The translations under genes and the position numbers were made by a program. A stretch of DNA of 64,000 nucleotides from Antedon mediterranea (taxonomy: Eukaryota; Animalia; Echinodermata). Where the stretch lies: assembly GCF_964355755.1 (NCBI RefSeq), contig NC_092673.1, positions 33,105,648-33,169,647 on the forward strand, written 5' to 3'. Position 1 is the first letter of the stretch. Every line of letters starts with the position of its first letter. Below the pieces are notes generated by a model. That model was not told the origin of the DNA and made no database searches. It was given only the letters and a program-made list of their open reading frames with translations. This document shows, piece by piece, positions 1 to 15,000 of the stretch.

Positions 1-502
1 CGTCATTTACTCGATGAATAACCGTTTATACGGTAATAATTTTATCTAAAAAAATTCTAAATACGTTTCTGCAAATGCACAAGCATTTTTTAGAAAATAC
101 TCCATATATTTCAAAAGTTATAGCCAAAAAACTGCAAATTGTCCATTGGAGGGATAGGAATATATTCGCAAAGTGACGTCACCCGCGAATTTTTTTGATT
201 TTCAAATGGGGATTTCCCCAAAAGGGCCAATTTATATTTTGTAACAATATACATTCTAGCAACACCTAATAGCCCCCAAAACATCATTCTAAAATGAAAA
301 AAATCGAAAATCCATTTCAGGTCCATTTTAACGCTATTAAAGCATGGAACAATCTTCCTCTTTATATTAAGAAATCGTTGCAAATATTTTAAATTTTGAG
401 GTACTTGAGACCTTATTGGTTTTTTTTCCATAGTATATATTGAAATGATAAATTATTATTAAATTATGTTTTGATGTTTTCCTTCAATCTTCTTATCATT
501 AG

Positions 503-3500
503 CTGCATTTTATATATTATAATCTTGATGACTGTAAGGTAAGAACCATTTCCACTACATACTGACTGTAGTACATTATTTTTACATTTTGGCAAGTTAT
601 ATGTACTGTAATTTTGGTTTTCAATAAAGTCTTAAGAGAAACCATAGATTGTACAGATAATCAAAAAATCGTTCGTAAAGATATCACATTCAAAATTTCT
701 ACATGGAGATATAATTATATATTTCTATATGGTACATTAACTAGAATAAAAACCACAAAAATGAAAAGTATTTTTGCATATTGTTATCAATTATGTTTAA
801 TAATCTTTCACACATTATTACAAACTACAAAAAAAACCACTTTAGCCTTGTCCTAATTCTTAAATATAAAAATGAACAAATTCAGAAGAAAAATAATAAT
901 TATTATATACGACAAAGCTTTTTTCAGAACAGAATAGAAGGACAATTCATTTTAGTATCATCTGTATCAAAAAAGCATTGGCATTTTTATTTGATACATT
1001 ACACTAATTTGAAATATATGATTATTTGACCAGGCTTCTTGAGTCCTGCATCCTCTGACGGAGTCTGCTTCGACGCCATCACATCAACAGGGGTGCCGCA
1101 AACTGCCCCAATAATTGCGTTACAAAACCAAACCTGAAATAAATACAGAACCGTTTGAAAATGAAGAAAAATATATAACGAAAGAAAAACTAATTTCTAA
1201 ACACTAATATAATATCCAGTAAAGAAATTAAAAGTACTATTTTACAAGGATTAAATAGAATTGAAAGATGGTCAGCACCTCAACAAATTAGTACTATCAG
1301 TGGGAACTGCACATCAGCAATGAACAAGATAGGATAATTATAAAACATGTCAATGAAACTGTAATGACAACTGCTGGTAGTATATGAATAAAATATAAAG
1401 GAAAACAAATAAAATAAATTCATATTTGGATTAAAGAGTACCAGTATTTTGAAAAAATGCTGGTTAGAGTGTAATTTGGTATAACACGTTATGGTGATTT
1501 TCAATGAATTTACATAAAAATAAGTAAACATGTAAATTACAATATATTGTATCAATATGATTGTCACTCAGGGGTGGACTTGATAATTATAGATTAATTA
1601 AAAATGAAATTAGATGGTGGGTAACCTAATCAATATTAATTAAAAATGAAGTTATTACACATTTTCAATTAAAGATGTATTGTTCCCCCAAAAACATGAA
1701 AAATGAAGATTGATTAAATCCGACTTTGAATACTGGTTATTTTGTAGTTTTAATCAAGTTAATCACTTCCGTAGAAAAAAAAAGGGGAGAAAAATGTATC
1801 TTCAAAGTCCAATGATAAATGTATACATTTGTGTTGTTGTTATAAATGCCTTAAAGGTGTATTATGATAATTATAAAATCAATAATGATTAGTATTAGGA
1901 AATATACAAATATGGATTTGATATTTCCGTAATAGATTCCATTTTTTGAAGGGCATGGGTTACGTTTTCAATTTTTCCTGAGGATATGTTGGTGGCCTAT
2001 AAAAATGTAATTTAAACAACATTAATCATGAAAAGCGGTTTTGTCAAAGACGGTTTGTCATGAGCTTTTAATCTATTCGGCGCCAAAGGAATTCAAATCT
2101 GCATATGCTATCAATTCTTATTGGTTAAAAACCTGATTCATGCAAATATTCCAATCCTTAAATTGATATAGTGGTGTGAACTTCTAATAACAAAAATATA
2201 GGATAATAAACATCTAAGCAGAAGGTAGTTTTGTCTGTTTGCTATGCTACACTGATGAAAAATAATAGTTGATATAGCGCATATAAGCAAGCTCTCAGTG
2301 CCATTTTTGTTTATCAAACACGTACTGTATGGAAACATACTCCCATAATGCAGCTAGTAATCAGCGCAAATTTGTGTCTTGATCTTACCGGTGCCCATTT
2401 TATACACCTAGGTGGAGAGAGGCAAATGTAAGTAAAATGTCTTGCCTAAGGATATACAAGCAATGTGGCGAAAGTTGGATTCGAACCACGATCTTACGAT
2501 CCGTAATCCAACGTCCAACACACTGCACCACACGCCCTCACAAAAAAATTATTCTCTGACACATATATGCTCATTTACTGTAGTCATTGTGATATACATG
2601 ATCAGTTTGGTGTAGTCACAGTGTGCTATCACAACACTCATTAGTAAAATAATGTTCAATAAAGCTCCAATTCCCTTGGTCAATAATTGAAAAATTATTT
2701 AATTTAATAATGATAATGTTTTATTTACAGGAACATTTTAAACGATTTCTTAATGAGTTGAAGTCAAACCAACGAGAATACAACCAGGTAAACATTTTAT
2801 GTGACACCCCTAGGGGACACTTTCTCATGATAACAAAGAATGGAAAATGTTTTTTAACACGTCCAAACACTTAAAATAGTTATAGAAATGCTTAATATTC
2901 TTATTATTTTATTTACTTAGGATGTAACTGTTGGTATCGATCTAAATGGCAGTAGAATAATGGAAAATCCCACAGAAAGTGAAGATACAACTCGTTTAAC
3001 CCTTGACCCACGCAGGGCGATGTTGACGGCAGACACAGAGCCACGGAACTTTGAGGTCAGTGTAGAAATATGATTTGGTTTATTTACTTATTTTCTTATT
3101 TGTACTTATTGTAATTATGATGTAATTAATGCGTCATTGCTTTGATAATTGTGAAATTTGGACTTCCTGGTTTTAGTATGTGACCTATGATGGAAAATCA
3201 ATTCAGTATACATATCTTTATTCAATCAGACCAAATGTCTTGAGAGAGAGAAAAAAACCTGCCAAACAAAGGTCCCAAATAGTATAAAATGAAATAAAGA
3301 GACTATAATTTTCTCAGATACATCCAGAGGGTGCTATTTAAAACATAACATAGTAAAAAAAGGGCACAGTGTAGCAGGAGTTTTTCTCAGCATGGTGATG
3401 TGCATCATACAATATGCATGGTCTGCACATTTTTGTCTTTATATGTACTCGGGATAAAAAAATAATCTGAAGAAATTGCACCTTTAGTGTGAGACATAAG

Positions 3501-4250
3501 ATCACAAAGTATTATCATGAGATTTCTAGTACTCTATTAAAGATGTATTGTCCCCCAGAAAAAATAATTCTTGATTATTATTTTTTTTAATACGTCATTT
3601 TGTCATCCACTTTGACCTAAACAAAACTGTAAATTAAAGCAAAAAATAGTCAAATTTGCTGTCGAAATTAACCATTTATTTTGTCATTTTATAAGCGAAA
3701 ACATGTTTTTTTTCCAGTTTTTTTTTCTACGGATGTGATTAGCTTGATTAAAACTACAAAATAATCTTCAAATATATTTAGGAAGTAGGTTAGCTATTTT
3801 TAACAGATAATATTTAATCTCATAATTCATGATTTCTGTCTGAGACTGAGAAATACAAATTTCGCGGCTTGCTTAAAGCCGATTTTCCACTAGGCTTATA
3901 CGCATGTGTATTCATGCTTCCATCTTCCTCTCTATTCATGCGTATAAGCTGAGACTTTTGATTCGCGCAAACAAATTCGCCTAGTAATGGAAAATAGGCT
4001 TTAAGGCAGGTCACAAACTCATGTATCTTGTGTGCCAGTTCATTGAATATGAATTTTGTTATAATATTAATTTGTCTTTTTTTTTTCTCTACAGGAAGAA
4101 GTTGAACTAATATTATTACAACACAGTGCTGTTTACACTAAGTTACTCATTAAAGGAAAATTACCAAAAGGACAAAGAACATTACATTGCAAGAAAGGAA
4201 TGTGTCTTTGTCAGTTTGTGGCACGAGTCATATACAACAAAAACATTTGA
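503..4250 (+). CDS. 3' part of an unidentified spliced gene (last 4 coding exons; 5' end lies outside the window)
   Basis: Four AG/GT-bounded phase-0 exons at 503-538, 2731-2787, 2921-3055 and 4095-4250 splice into one open frame: LHFIYYNLDDCK/EHFKRFLNELKSNQREYNQ/DVTVGIDLNGSR...EPRNFE/EEVELILLQH...LHCKKGMCLCQFVARVIYNKNI*. Family not recognised. Confidence 0.7.
2337..2540 (-). mobile_element. tRNA-derived SINE
   Basis: Minus strand has a tRNA-like head with B-box GGTTCGAATCC. The body motif cccattttatacacctaggtggagagaggc recurs at ~47430-47580, and the head half recurs at ~56490-56620. Confidence 0.7.
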
Positions 4251-7200
4251 AGAAGAGCCTATTATATATTTTAATTCCACTGACACAGATAATGAACTCG
4301 TGAAATAAGTTATTTTCATCCAAAATTTCATCATATCCAGAACCGTGATGCGAAATCAGAAATTGGTTGCTACTACCTGTTCTGGAAAACTTTTTAGGCA
4401 ATTCCATTTTTTACACTCTCAATATCACTTGGGGTTCTACATCTGAGATGAATTTAACTCGGAACAAACCAACAGTTTTGTAACTGTGTGGGTTAATGAA
4501 TGAGTTGATGGAGCTTGTAGATGTTAGCGGTCGACCATTCATAACATTTAATTAGTACACATGCGCAAATTCAAGAAGAAGATGGCTCCCTCTATAATAT
4601 GAACTCTGACGGCCTGAGAAATGCAGTATAAAAAAATGCTGCTACATGTTCAGCCACAGCTATTTAAATAAGTCTTCTATTGTTACAATTCATACCAATA
4701 TTGATATTTTATCAGCAAAAAATCGATAAAAATATCAATATAATTTCTAAAACTAATTTGCACTTGTTCGGTTTCATGGAACGGAAGACAGTGTCATATG
4801 ATTTCCATTTGAACAAAACATGCCATCTTCTATTATTGCGTTAAACGGAATCCGTGCGAAGGTAGTTTTGCTCTTTACAAAAGTTTTAAACTTAAAATTT
4901 ACACAATAAGAAAAAAATAGCAATAACAATAAAATTGAATTTCTCGGACTTGTAAATAAGAGATTATTTTATGAAAGATGTAACATAGGTTTTTGAATGG
5001 TGACATATATAATACTGAAATAAAATAAATTCAGAATAATTGTAAATTAGATATATTCTCTTTGTAAAAGAATGTAATATTTACAATTAGAAAAATTATT
5101 TTACAATTGCTGATTAGGAAATTGGTTATATATTCCTTTGATACAAGTAAAGACATTTAAACATAGTAAAGTAAATTATTTTGTTTTCTCTTTTACAAAA
5201 AAGTTTTAATGTAACAAGTCCTCATTTTGTATTTTTCTCATAATATTCTTCAAATTAGATTCTGCTTATTTTATCTTTTCCCCATCTCTCCACATGTCAT
5301 CTTATTTGAACATTATGCTCTACATTCAACTTCTAAATTCCAATCTCTCTTTGATTTATCATTTCATAAATGTCCATCCATCTAAACCGATCTAAACTAC
5401 TTAATTTTCTTTGATCCTTTCTTCTCCACTGTTAACCATATTTCCCACATAACTCCTCTTATTTTTAAAACAAATTTGCATATGTAAATAAGTTTTGTAC
5501 ATCCAACTATGGAAAAAAAACAATACTTTATCCAACAAGTCTTTCACGTGTAGATATACTTATTAATTAATGGCACAAGTTATGTTTTCAAAATGGGTTT
5601 TACGTTACACAGAATGTCAATGTGACAAATCCATATATAGTCATTTAATGCTAAATATGGGCATACTATAGATTGACTTATCACATTATTTTTAGCTTAC
5701 ATTTTTTTATCTAGTTTTGGTGTTAAAATATTTCCATTGCTTTTATAAGAACCACGTTTCATAGTGTATAGGAATTAAATTATTGTTACAGTACGGTTAA
5801 TTATGTATATTTTGTAAAACTGTACTGAATTTTATTGTTTAAAATGCTTAAAAGTATTTATTAGATAACTAGGCCTAGATTGAAGCAATAATCTTTTTCC
5901 ATCTTAAAAGTTGTCGAATCATTAGTTTTTCTTTTCTATATTTTTTTATATTATATTTTTATTACAATATTTTTACCCAAACTTGTTTGTAAACCCTTTT
6001 TTCTACTTTATTTATGCTATATCCCCCATGTTGCCTTATTCTTAATGTTCCTGTTCATTTATTTACCTCTTTTATCTATTATAATTTTGTATTTGTAAAG
6101 TTATCCAATGTTTAAAATTTTTACGCTACATTTTTTTTCTGGCAATACTTCAGATCTTGGAAAAATCCTCTATGTTTTGAGCTACAATGAAGTAGGCTCT
6201 AGACCTGCTACATATATTGATGTATGCTACAATAAGAGATGCCACAACTACTAAATGCTACAAGTATAGTACTAAAGGTACATAGGTCTAGCATAAAAAT
6301 AAATACACAATTCTACATATGTACGCTACAAATATTAGTTTTAAGGATAAATGCTACAACTATCTGCTACACAATTCTACATTAATGTAATAGAATGCAG
6401 GTGTGGGGAAAATGTCATGTCAATGTCTGCTACACGTACAAGAACATGCTACAATACGATGCTATAATGTATCATGCCACAGATCTGTAGCAATACAGAT
6501 GTTGGAAGCAAATGTCATGTCACAGTGTCACACAAACATGCTACAAATGCAATAATGTACTGCAACTATTAAAACAACTATGCTTTAATACAATATCGTT
6601 TAACTTAAAAAACACGTTGCAGTAAAAATATCAATACTGCCCTACATAAAACCAGTGCTACAATTATTAACAGAAACAAATGCTACAGGTGATCTCTATG
6701 CTGTTGCACTGGTCACTTAATAACTGTAGGTCTAACTGTATCAATTTCAAATGTTTATGCAGACGATATTTTTAACAAATCAAACTTTTATATTTAACAT
6801 TAAAATGTCTGTCATTTGTTTTAAATTATTTATCAGTGCATTGTGTCCGGGGATATTCTCATCCAAGGAAAATACTCTCATAACAGAAACACGATATTTA
6901 AAATATAGCTATACTGTTATATATTTAGACATTTGTTGTAATGTGTATTCAATACATTAATAATATTATTTAATACTTTGGTAGGTTTGTAAACTCCGGA
7001 ATATCTTCTCATCATCACAACTCGTACATCTTGACGTCATAGAAATTATGAAATGGTAAAAAAATGTTTTAATAACAACGCAATATAAACGGTATATTTT
7101 TCTTGTGTATATTTTAAAAAATTACAATGTAGATCACACGTGTCAAGATAATATTATATAGATGAATTATTACTTGCATTTTTAATGATATACATTCTTG

Positions 7201-8220
7201 AAAATGTTTTGTTTCTTTTTGAACGTGTTTAATAAAACGTACGGGGCTACTATTATTGATTGTTTGTATTTATGTGTTTTATTTATTGGGTTGATCGACT
7301 AATCGAGTTATTGAGGATAATATTGGATCCAATTTCCATCGGCGATCGTTAATCCTACGCTGTCTATACACTAGCAAAAAGTTTGCAAATTCGAAGTCTG
7401 CAACAAAAATAGATAAAAAGTAAACGTTTTAGTATAAGAGTAGGTTTTACTAGGACCTTTTTGATTATTGAACATTTATTTTGATAACAGGTGTCTAGAA
7501 AACTCAGATCTAAGATGTATCCGAGTTTAATGATAACGGCATAAAGGGCGTAAAGAACAAAAAGTATAAATATACGAAGAATAAAAACTATAAACTTGTG
7601 ACGAGTTCGCTTGTGTTTTCAAAAGTTTATATAAATCGGGGGGAAGAGCGAATTATTTCTCCTGGTATAAATATACGATTTGTTTGTCTTACGTGGGTTC
7701 GGCCCACTTTATTTCCATAGGCCTATACAGTTTTTCTCTGTATGAAAAAAGGGCAGTATATTCAATTTAAAAATGACAAAAATGCGTTTGTCTCGGAACC
7801 AGCAACCATTATAATAAAGAAGACCTACCATGAGTGATGGAAGAATGAAAACAGAGGGCACGTTCTAAATATTTTAGCATGTCCTAGCATTTACCTCCTT
7901 GGTCTTAGAATTGAATGGTATGAGAAAAAGATTCTCAAAGAAAAGACTTCGATCTTCTCTATTAAATCCATGGAGTAAAGAATGGCACGACATCCTAAAA
8001 CTACTAAACAAAAGATAATCTCATGAATTCTCCAAGACATTATTTAATTATTCAGTTTAATACAAAACACTAACATTCCTACTAAAATATCTAACTTCTA
8101 AATATGCATTTTATTTTTGCCTATTCCATAAAAAAGGTGATACTGTATTAAGCTACGTAACGCATTCAGATGACACCATGATAAAATGGTCAATATTATC
8201 GATATTCTGGCAACCGTAAT

Positions 8221-8281
8221 TATTGAAGATTTCGCGGGAAATGGCGGAATTTGAGAAGTGATTGAATGAGATCGAGTAAGT
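8221..8281 (+). promoter_or_regulatory. Probable TSS region and non-coding first exon of the Polycomb-like gene
   Basis: ttcgcgggaaatggcgg (E2F-like and YY1-like motifs) is followed by a donor ga|gtaag at ~8276; the next acceptor is at 9056, just before the ATG. Confidence 0.4.
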
Positions 8282-9089
8282 TCAACTATGTTTTTTTGTG
8301 TTAATTATGTACTTTGAAAGTAATTTAGTTAATGCATAGAACATTACTATAGTTTAAAAATAATTTTTAGATGTGAACTATGTAATTATTCTTATTCATT
8401 AATGAACTGTACGTAATTTTACTACCACTAAGCTAAGCCAGGGCAAGCCAGTAAAGTCTGCACTGACTACTGTTGCATGCTGAAACAAAACTGGTAGGCC
8501 CAGTGGTAGGGAGTGTTCAGTCTCTTAACGTGTAGGCCTAGATCAGGCTAGGCGATAGAAGGTAGTTAAATATATGATAAGTGCTCATTTAATTGGAAGA
8601 TTTTCATGCTAATTAGTAGATGAACATTAATTCATGATTGAAAATGTATTTCAATTGATTGTATTAATATAATAAATAAATTATTATTTTTATTATTGAC
8701 ATTTTTAGGACACGTTTACACCGTACAGTATACTACTACTAGGCCTAGTACTTACTAGGTAGGCTACTCTACACTACACTAAAAGACTAGCTATGAAGCC
8801 TACTACTAGTACTAGGCCTACCCTGTCTTTCGGTCTTCTTTATGATATAAGAAAACAAATAAAAACAAATCATAAACTTAGTACAGTATTACTAACTCTA
8901 TATGCCCTACACAGCAAAAACCCAGTGGCAAATATTTGTGTATTACATTAAAATTCTAGGCTAGCCTATATATACTATGTAGTACAATAGCCATGATCCA
9001 GTCATGGAGTTATATGATCAACTAAGAAACTCTTCTTTACATTCAAATTTTTTTAGATAACAAGAACAAACATTAAACAAGAAAAGGTA

Positions 9090-12000
9090 ATGATGGCTGA
9101 AATTGAAAATGTTGATGAAACAGTAGAGGAACCAACAATAGAAGGACCAACAAAAGAGGATTTAACGAAAGAGGAAGCGTCAACTAGTCAAGCTCAATCA
9201 CCCACATCATGTACGTACTCTGAAGGAATGGAAGTGTTAGCAAGATGGACGGATGGCCTATCATACCTTGGTACAATACAAAAGGTACGCCTACCACAAA
9301 CCTGTAGAAGTGTACACTACTAGAATCTCTGGAAACCAAACTTTTCTTGATGTCAGATAGTCCCCAATTAATTGTTACTATTTAAAACATATTCAGCAGC
9401 ATTCTAGATCCCACAAGACATAGACCAGACCAATGGTGACATTGGAAGATTTGACTTCCAACCCCAAGAATAATTTGTTTTATTCATGACTCACTTCAGA
9501 TACCATATGATGTTTCCAAACACCCTTTCAATTTATTATCACTCACACTAGTATGGGTATTCCACCAGGCAGCAAAATACAGTAAGAGTACCCCTAATAT
9601 ATACTGAATACTGAAATGCTTTATTTGTCCATCATCATCATAAAATAACAACAGAAATTCTTCTTGAAGATTGACAATAATAAATAGATATACAATATAA
9701 TATATTATGTACACACACATAATTGCACAAAAAATATAAGTTATGAAACACGGTGTAAAAATGACAAGGTATTAAAATTGAATAGCATTCAGGAGATTAA
9801 AATAGTTTAAAACAGCTTTAAAAGGATTAAAAACAGCTTTAAAAGGATTCAAACCATTAGAATGTTCCTAAAACCTTACAATTTATAAATTGCTAAAATT
9901 TCAATTAGACTAAAAATGTTAAAAACGTTTAAAAATATTAAAAATATAAAAACATTTTATAAAGTTTCATTGTTTACATAGTCTTGTATAACATAACATT
10001 TTATCGATGGTGACATGAATTAATTATATGAATTTTCAAGAAAAATCTGTACATACAGTACCATTAGGATAACAACAATAATTCAATCCTTTTTTGAGTG
10101 TAAGCTCTTCCTCCAAGCTTCACCCTGTTTTAATTCAAGTGCCGTAATAAGATAATTTAACATGTTTTTTTTTTTCATAGGTGGAATCCGACCTTGGCAA
10201 ATGTTTTGTTACTTTTGAAGATAACTCTGAACATTGGGTTCTATATAAAGATCTACAAAAAGGTTTGTGATGTGTTGTTGCAGTTGCTGAATCTACTTCA
10301 AAGACTAATCTTAAGGGGTAGCTCCAGGACCGTTAGGACTAACCTTAAAGCGTAACTCCGTGACTTTTAGGACTAATCTTAAGGGGTAGCTCCAGGACCA
10401 TTAGGACTAACCTTAAATCGTAACTCCGTGACTTTTAGGACTAATCGAAAAGGGTAGCTCCAAGTTTAACATTTAATACTGTTTTTTTTTTTAAATATAA
10501 ATCTTTGCAACAACATTAATAATCATAACTTTACTTATTTTCACCAGGTGTGCAGATGGGAGAAATCACATGTACGTTGTGTCATAGTGGTGAATCTGTT
10601 TTGCCAAATGAAATAGTCCTCTGTGATCACTGTGGTCTAGGTAAGAAACTTATAGGCCTTGAGAATAAACTTAAACAAAGGTTAAATAGGCTTAGATGTA
10701 CACATTGGCATTGGTAAGTTAGACATAGGCTGAACCTATGTTAAATGGACCTGAGTGAGTTATTTATTTATTTATTTATTTTATGTCTTTAGGCAATGTG
10801 GCCAAGGATTACCAATAGTGAATTAATCACTGTCCTATCAGATAGGTGGTAATCCCCCTGATACAGGGGCTATTGTGTGAACCAGTTCACCGGGGTAACC
10901 CCCTACTCTTTTTCGAATAATGAACTGGGTTTCTTTAAAGTACACACAGGTTATAACTGTGTACACTGGACCTACGGTTTATAGTCCTTATCCGAGAAGA
11001 CTTGTTCCACCACCAGAACTAGGAGCGAGTCGGCCTCGAACCCTTGTCCTCAGATAGTAAGTGTGATTAGCTTATGTTGGGAAGTGCCATTAATGGTAAT
11101 GTGTTTTTTCTTTATCAGGTTATCATCAGAACTGCCATCAACCTACAATAGAGCATAAGGTGTTGCTATCAGAGGATGAACCATGGATCTGTCGTCAGTG
11201 CGTATTTGTCACTTCACAGAAGGTAAACAATATGTCTAAGTTTCTCAAATAGAACAAATCCCCTTTAACAAAAAAAGTGTGATATGGTAGTAGTATGCCC
11301 AAATATGGTAGTGATATGACATCATCATGTCCATATATGGGCACATCAAATTTTTTTTGTCACATAAAGTTTGATAGTGTAGACAAGGATTTAGCAACAG
11401 CTTGGTAAAATCAACTGGCTGAATGATTGTAGACCAGATAATATGAATAATATCTCAAATGCAAATTATCTTTATTTATACTTCCAATAAATTCATTGCT
11501 CATTCACATATAAATATAAATATAAAAATGTACAGAACAAAAGAAAAGAAACAAACAATAACAAATCCAAACAATACATATTATTGAGTTCCATATTATT
11601 ATTATGATTAAATTTTGATTCAGAAAGTTTTTATGTTATAAATAAACTAATATCCTTGTAATGGCAACAGAGTCTGCGTGTATGTCACATTTTACTGTTT
11701 TGTTTTGTTTACTACATGTATATTTTTATTTAAATGTCAATGTATAACACAAGTTCAGTTACGTCTTTTAATACATTTTTGTTTTACTCATTAGGTTGGT
11801 GGCGCTACACGTAGGGGATCAGCAGGCAAGTCAATATTGCAATTCTCGAATTTTTATTTTTACAATTTTAACTTTTTAGTTTATTACTTTAAAAAATGGA
11901 TATTTCACTTTTTAAATCTTTTTAAAATTTAGCAAAAGTATTTCAAGAAATGAAACGGTCTTTGCCATATAGGGTAAGATTTTATTATCATCGTCATCAT

Positions 12001-15000
12001 TATCAGCATGATTCATTATTGTATCATCATTCCTATCATCTTCATTATTATCATTGTTATCATTATCAACATGATTCATTATTGTTATAATCATTACTAT
12101 CATCATTATTATCAGCATGATTCATTATTGTCCTCATCATTACTGTCATCTTCATTATTATCATCGCCATCAATATCAACATGATTCATTATTGTCATTA
12201 TCATTACTATCATCTTCATTATTATCATCGTCATCAATATTAACATGATTCATTATGGTCATTATCATTACTATCATCTTCATTATTATCATCGTCATCA
12301 TTATCAACATGATTCATTATTGTCCTTATCATTCCTATCATCTTCATTATTATCATCGTCATCAATATCAGCATGATTCATTATTGTCATTATCATTCCT
12401 ATCATTTTCAGCTATGCACTAGCTGTCTAGTCACACATAATATTCAAAAGCAATTTTTGTTTACAGCTTGGCTCTCTTCACTGGGATAGTAACCATCGTG
12501 TGAACACAGAACAATGTTACTGTTATTGTGGAGGGCCTGGAGAGTAAGTACTAAATGTGTAAAAGTTAAAAGTATTTGTTTTTGATATTGTATTTTTTTA
12601 TTTTAATTCAAAATACCAATACAAATATGTGTATTTCTGAAAATAACTGTTGATAACATTACGATCGATATGCTTTGATCGTATTCGTGCAAAGTATTAT
12701 ACGAATGCTAGCTAATAGTATTGACTGATTTTTCTACTGCCCTCTATGTAATGTTTTAGCCTGAATATACCATATTTATTTGAATGGGCATTTATTTCAA
12801 AAGATATTTTATTGTGGGCGTTTATTTCAAAGGGTAATTTATTCAAACTGGGATGTTTAAATAAATATGGTAGTTTATCTATCGATGTTTTTTCTATTTT
12901 TTTTCCACTATTTTTTTTTAGCTGGTACTTAAAAATGCTGCAATGTTGCCGATGTAAGCAGTGGTTTCACGAAGGTGAGAATTTTTTCATATTTAATTTG
13001 TAGTTTGACCTATCATAATCGTGGAGCTTATCATTATATACTCAGTTTCCATAGATAAAAATGGAAAGTTCAAACTGCTAAACTTGTTCCTAATTCATGA
13101 CTCGTTTTATAATTGACATATAAAATGACATTACATAAGGACTGTACATTATTCATTTTGTTGGTTTTAAATTTAATTCACATTTTGTTTGCCTATTGTG
13201 GAATTTTATCAATGATGGCTAAGAAAAACGTTTGAATTCAGTTACTGTAAGTCCACTTTATATAACAAACACAACTAGAAAGCCACTCCGAGAGGGCATA
13301 CCTCCGCCTACTGTAAAATTCTCCTACATAAGATTTCTCCGGTAAATAAAATATATATATATATTTGTGTGTGTCTTAATGCTGTTTGTGATTTATGCTA
13401 ATTTCATTACAAGCATGTGTATGCGAGTTTGGTGTAATGGTTATGTAACAAGTCTTTCAGTTAACAATAGCTTCAGTTGACTAACAAAAGAACAGCAACG
13501 CAAAAATCAAACGAGTGAATTTGAAAAGAAATAGGTTTTTTAAACTACTCGCATCAAAAAATGTGCCCATTAAATCAAATTATGTTTTAAAATTACAAAT
13601 CACAAATTATAACTCTTGCCTCTTGTTCAAAAATTAAGTTTTTTGGACAAGTAGTTCTCGAGAAAATGCAATTTCAGTTTACTTGTTACTTTAAGACTGC
13701 TCGCCGGCTTTTGACAAATTCTGTCCTATCTTTTAACACTAGCAGGTCTAAAAAAGTATACTAAAAAGTGGTCCAGAATTGGGACTGTGGTCCCAAATGG
13801 TCCCAAAATTTAATGGAATGGTCCTTGACCACATATCTATCTGTCTATTCATTTTGGTAAAGATCTTGTAATTACTTTTTGAGTAATCCTGCTAACAAAC
13901 AAACAAACAAACACACGCTACCGATTACATATACCTCCTTGGCGGAGGTAAAATATACAAATACAATTTGTTAAATAAAAATATAATCAACTAAATACTA
14001 TTTCAATTTATTTCAGCATGTGTGCAATGTTTAGAGACGCCAATGTTATATGGTGATCGGTTAGTCCCTTTTTTTTTCATTTATATTTTAGTACTTAAAA
14101 TAGGTACGCATGGATTTACCGTATTTAGAAATACAGTACTGACAGTGACAGAAATACAGCAACAAAAAGGGCACTCGGAGAGCACAAACCTCCACCTAGG
14201 CATATGACAATTTAATGACATGTTCCCATACAGCTATGAAACCATCTTTTAAAATCTGGTCAAAATCTGACTTTTTGAGAAATCCTGCTAACAAATATAG
14301 AAAAAAACAAATACACACAATTCGGCTATTCTGGTCGAGGTAATAATTTAGCCAACTTTCTCAAACTATGGTTGATTTTAAGAATTTCTGAATTTTAGAA
14401 TGCTCATAGAATGGATTCACTGTTTGGTGTAATAGTGTCATCTTCACAACAAAAGTTTGAACAAAATATGGCCGCTTCTTTTTTTCAGAATTAACATACA
14501 GTTTTTCTATTTATGAATTTTAATTTCTAATTTTACTCATTAAATTGAACAGGTTTTACATATTTGTGTGTTCTGTCTGCAATCAGGGACCAGAGTATTT
14601 GAAGAGACTGACATTAAAATGGTAAGTTGATGTTATGTTTCAATTGCCTTCTCATGTGTGGACATCTATTTCATATAACAACCCATCATCAGCATAAATG
14701 GACCCTGATCTTCATTTAATATTCAAACCCACAAATACCTCTACGAATTTTGCTAAATAAGGTTCTACAAATTTTGCTAAATACCTCTACCAATTTTGCA
14801 ATATTCCTCTACCAATTTTGCTAAATACCTCCACAAATTTTGCTAAATACCTCTATAACATTTTTATAAAATAATCAAATTTTAAGTCTGTATACCACCA
14901 GTGGTTTCTCATTACATGAGCCTTATTAGGAACACCAAACACCTCTAAAACTATCTAGTTCCATATTACGAACAAACACCGCTGCAAAATGCTCTCAGAA

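Noticed and set aside
111-1029. ORFs of 80-106 aa at the window start
   Set aside because: AT-rich, low-complexity translations without motifs; 1-435 looks like a repeat or transposon end within an intron.
1029-1133. Minus-strand acceptor followed by VWFCN, resembling POU homeodomain helix 3
   Set aside because: It continues AIIGAV rather than RRQK, and I found no partner exons, so it is not supportable as a homeobox.
2470-2540. tRNA-like sequence with a B-box
   Set aside because: It is the head of a repeated SINE; no convincing cloverleaf is present.
503-2940. Resemblance of ...LNELKSNQREYNQDVTVG to the STING C-terminal region (...EEVTVG)
   Set aside because: Only a few residues match, and the following ~95 aa do not resemble a STING tail.
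11912-12118. Asp/Asn-rich minus-strand ORF
   Set aside because: It is the translation of an intronic ATC minisatellite, antisense to a real Pcl exon.
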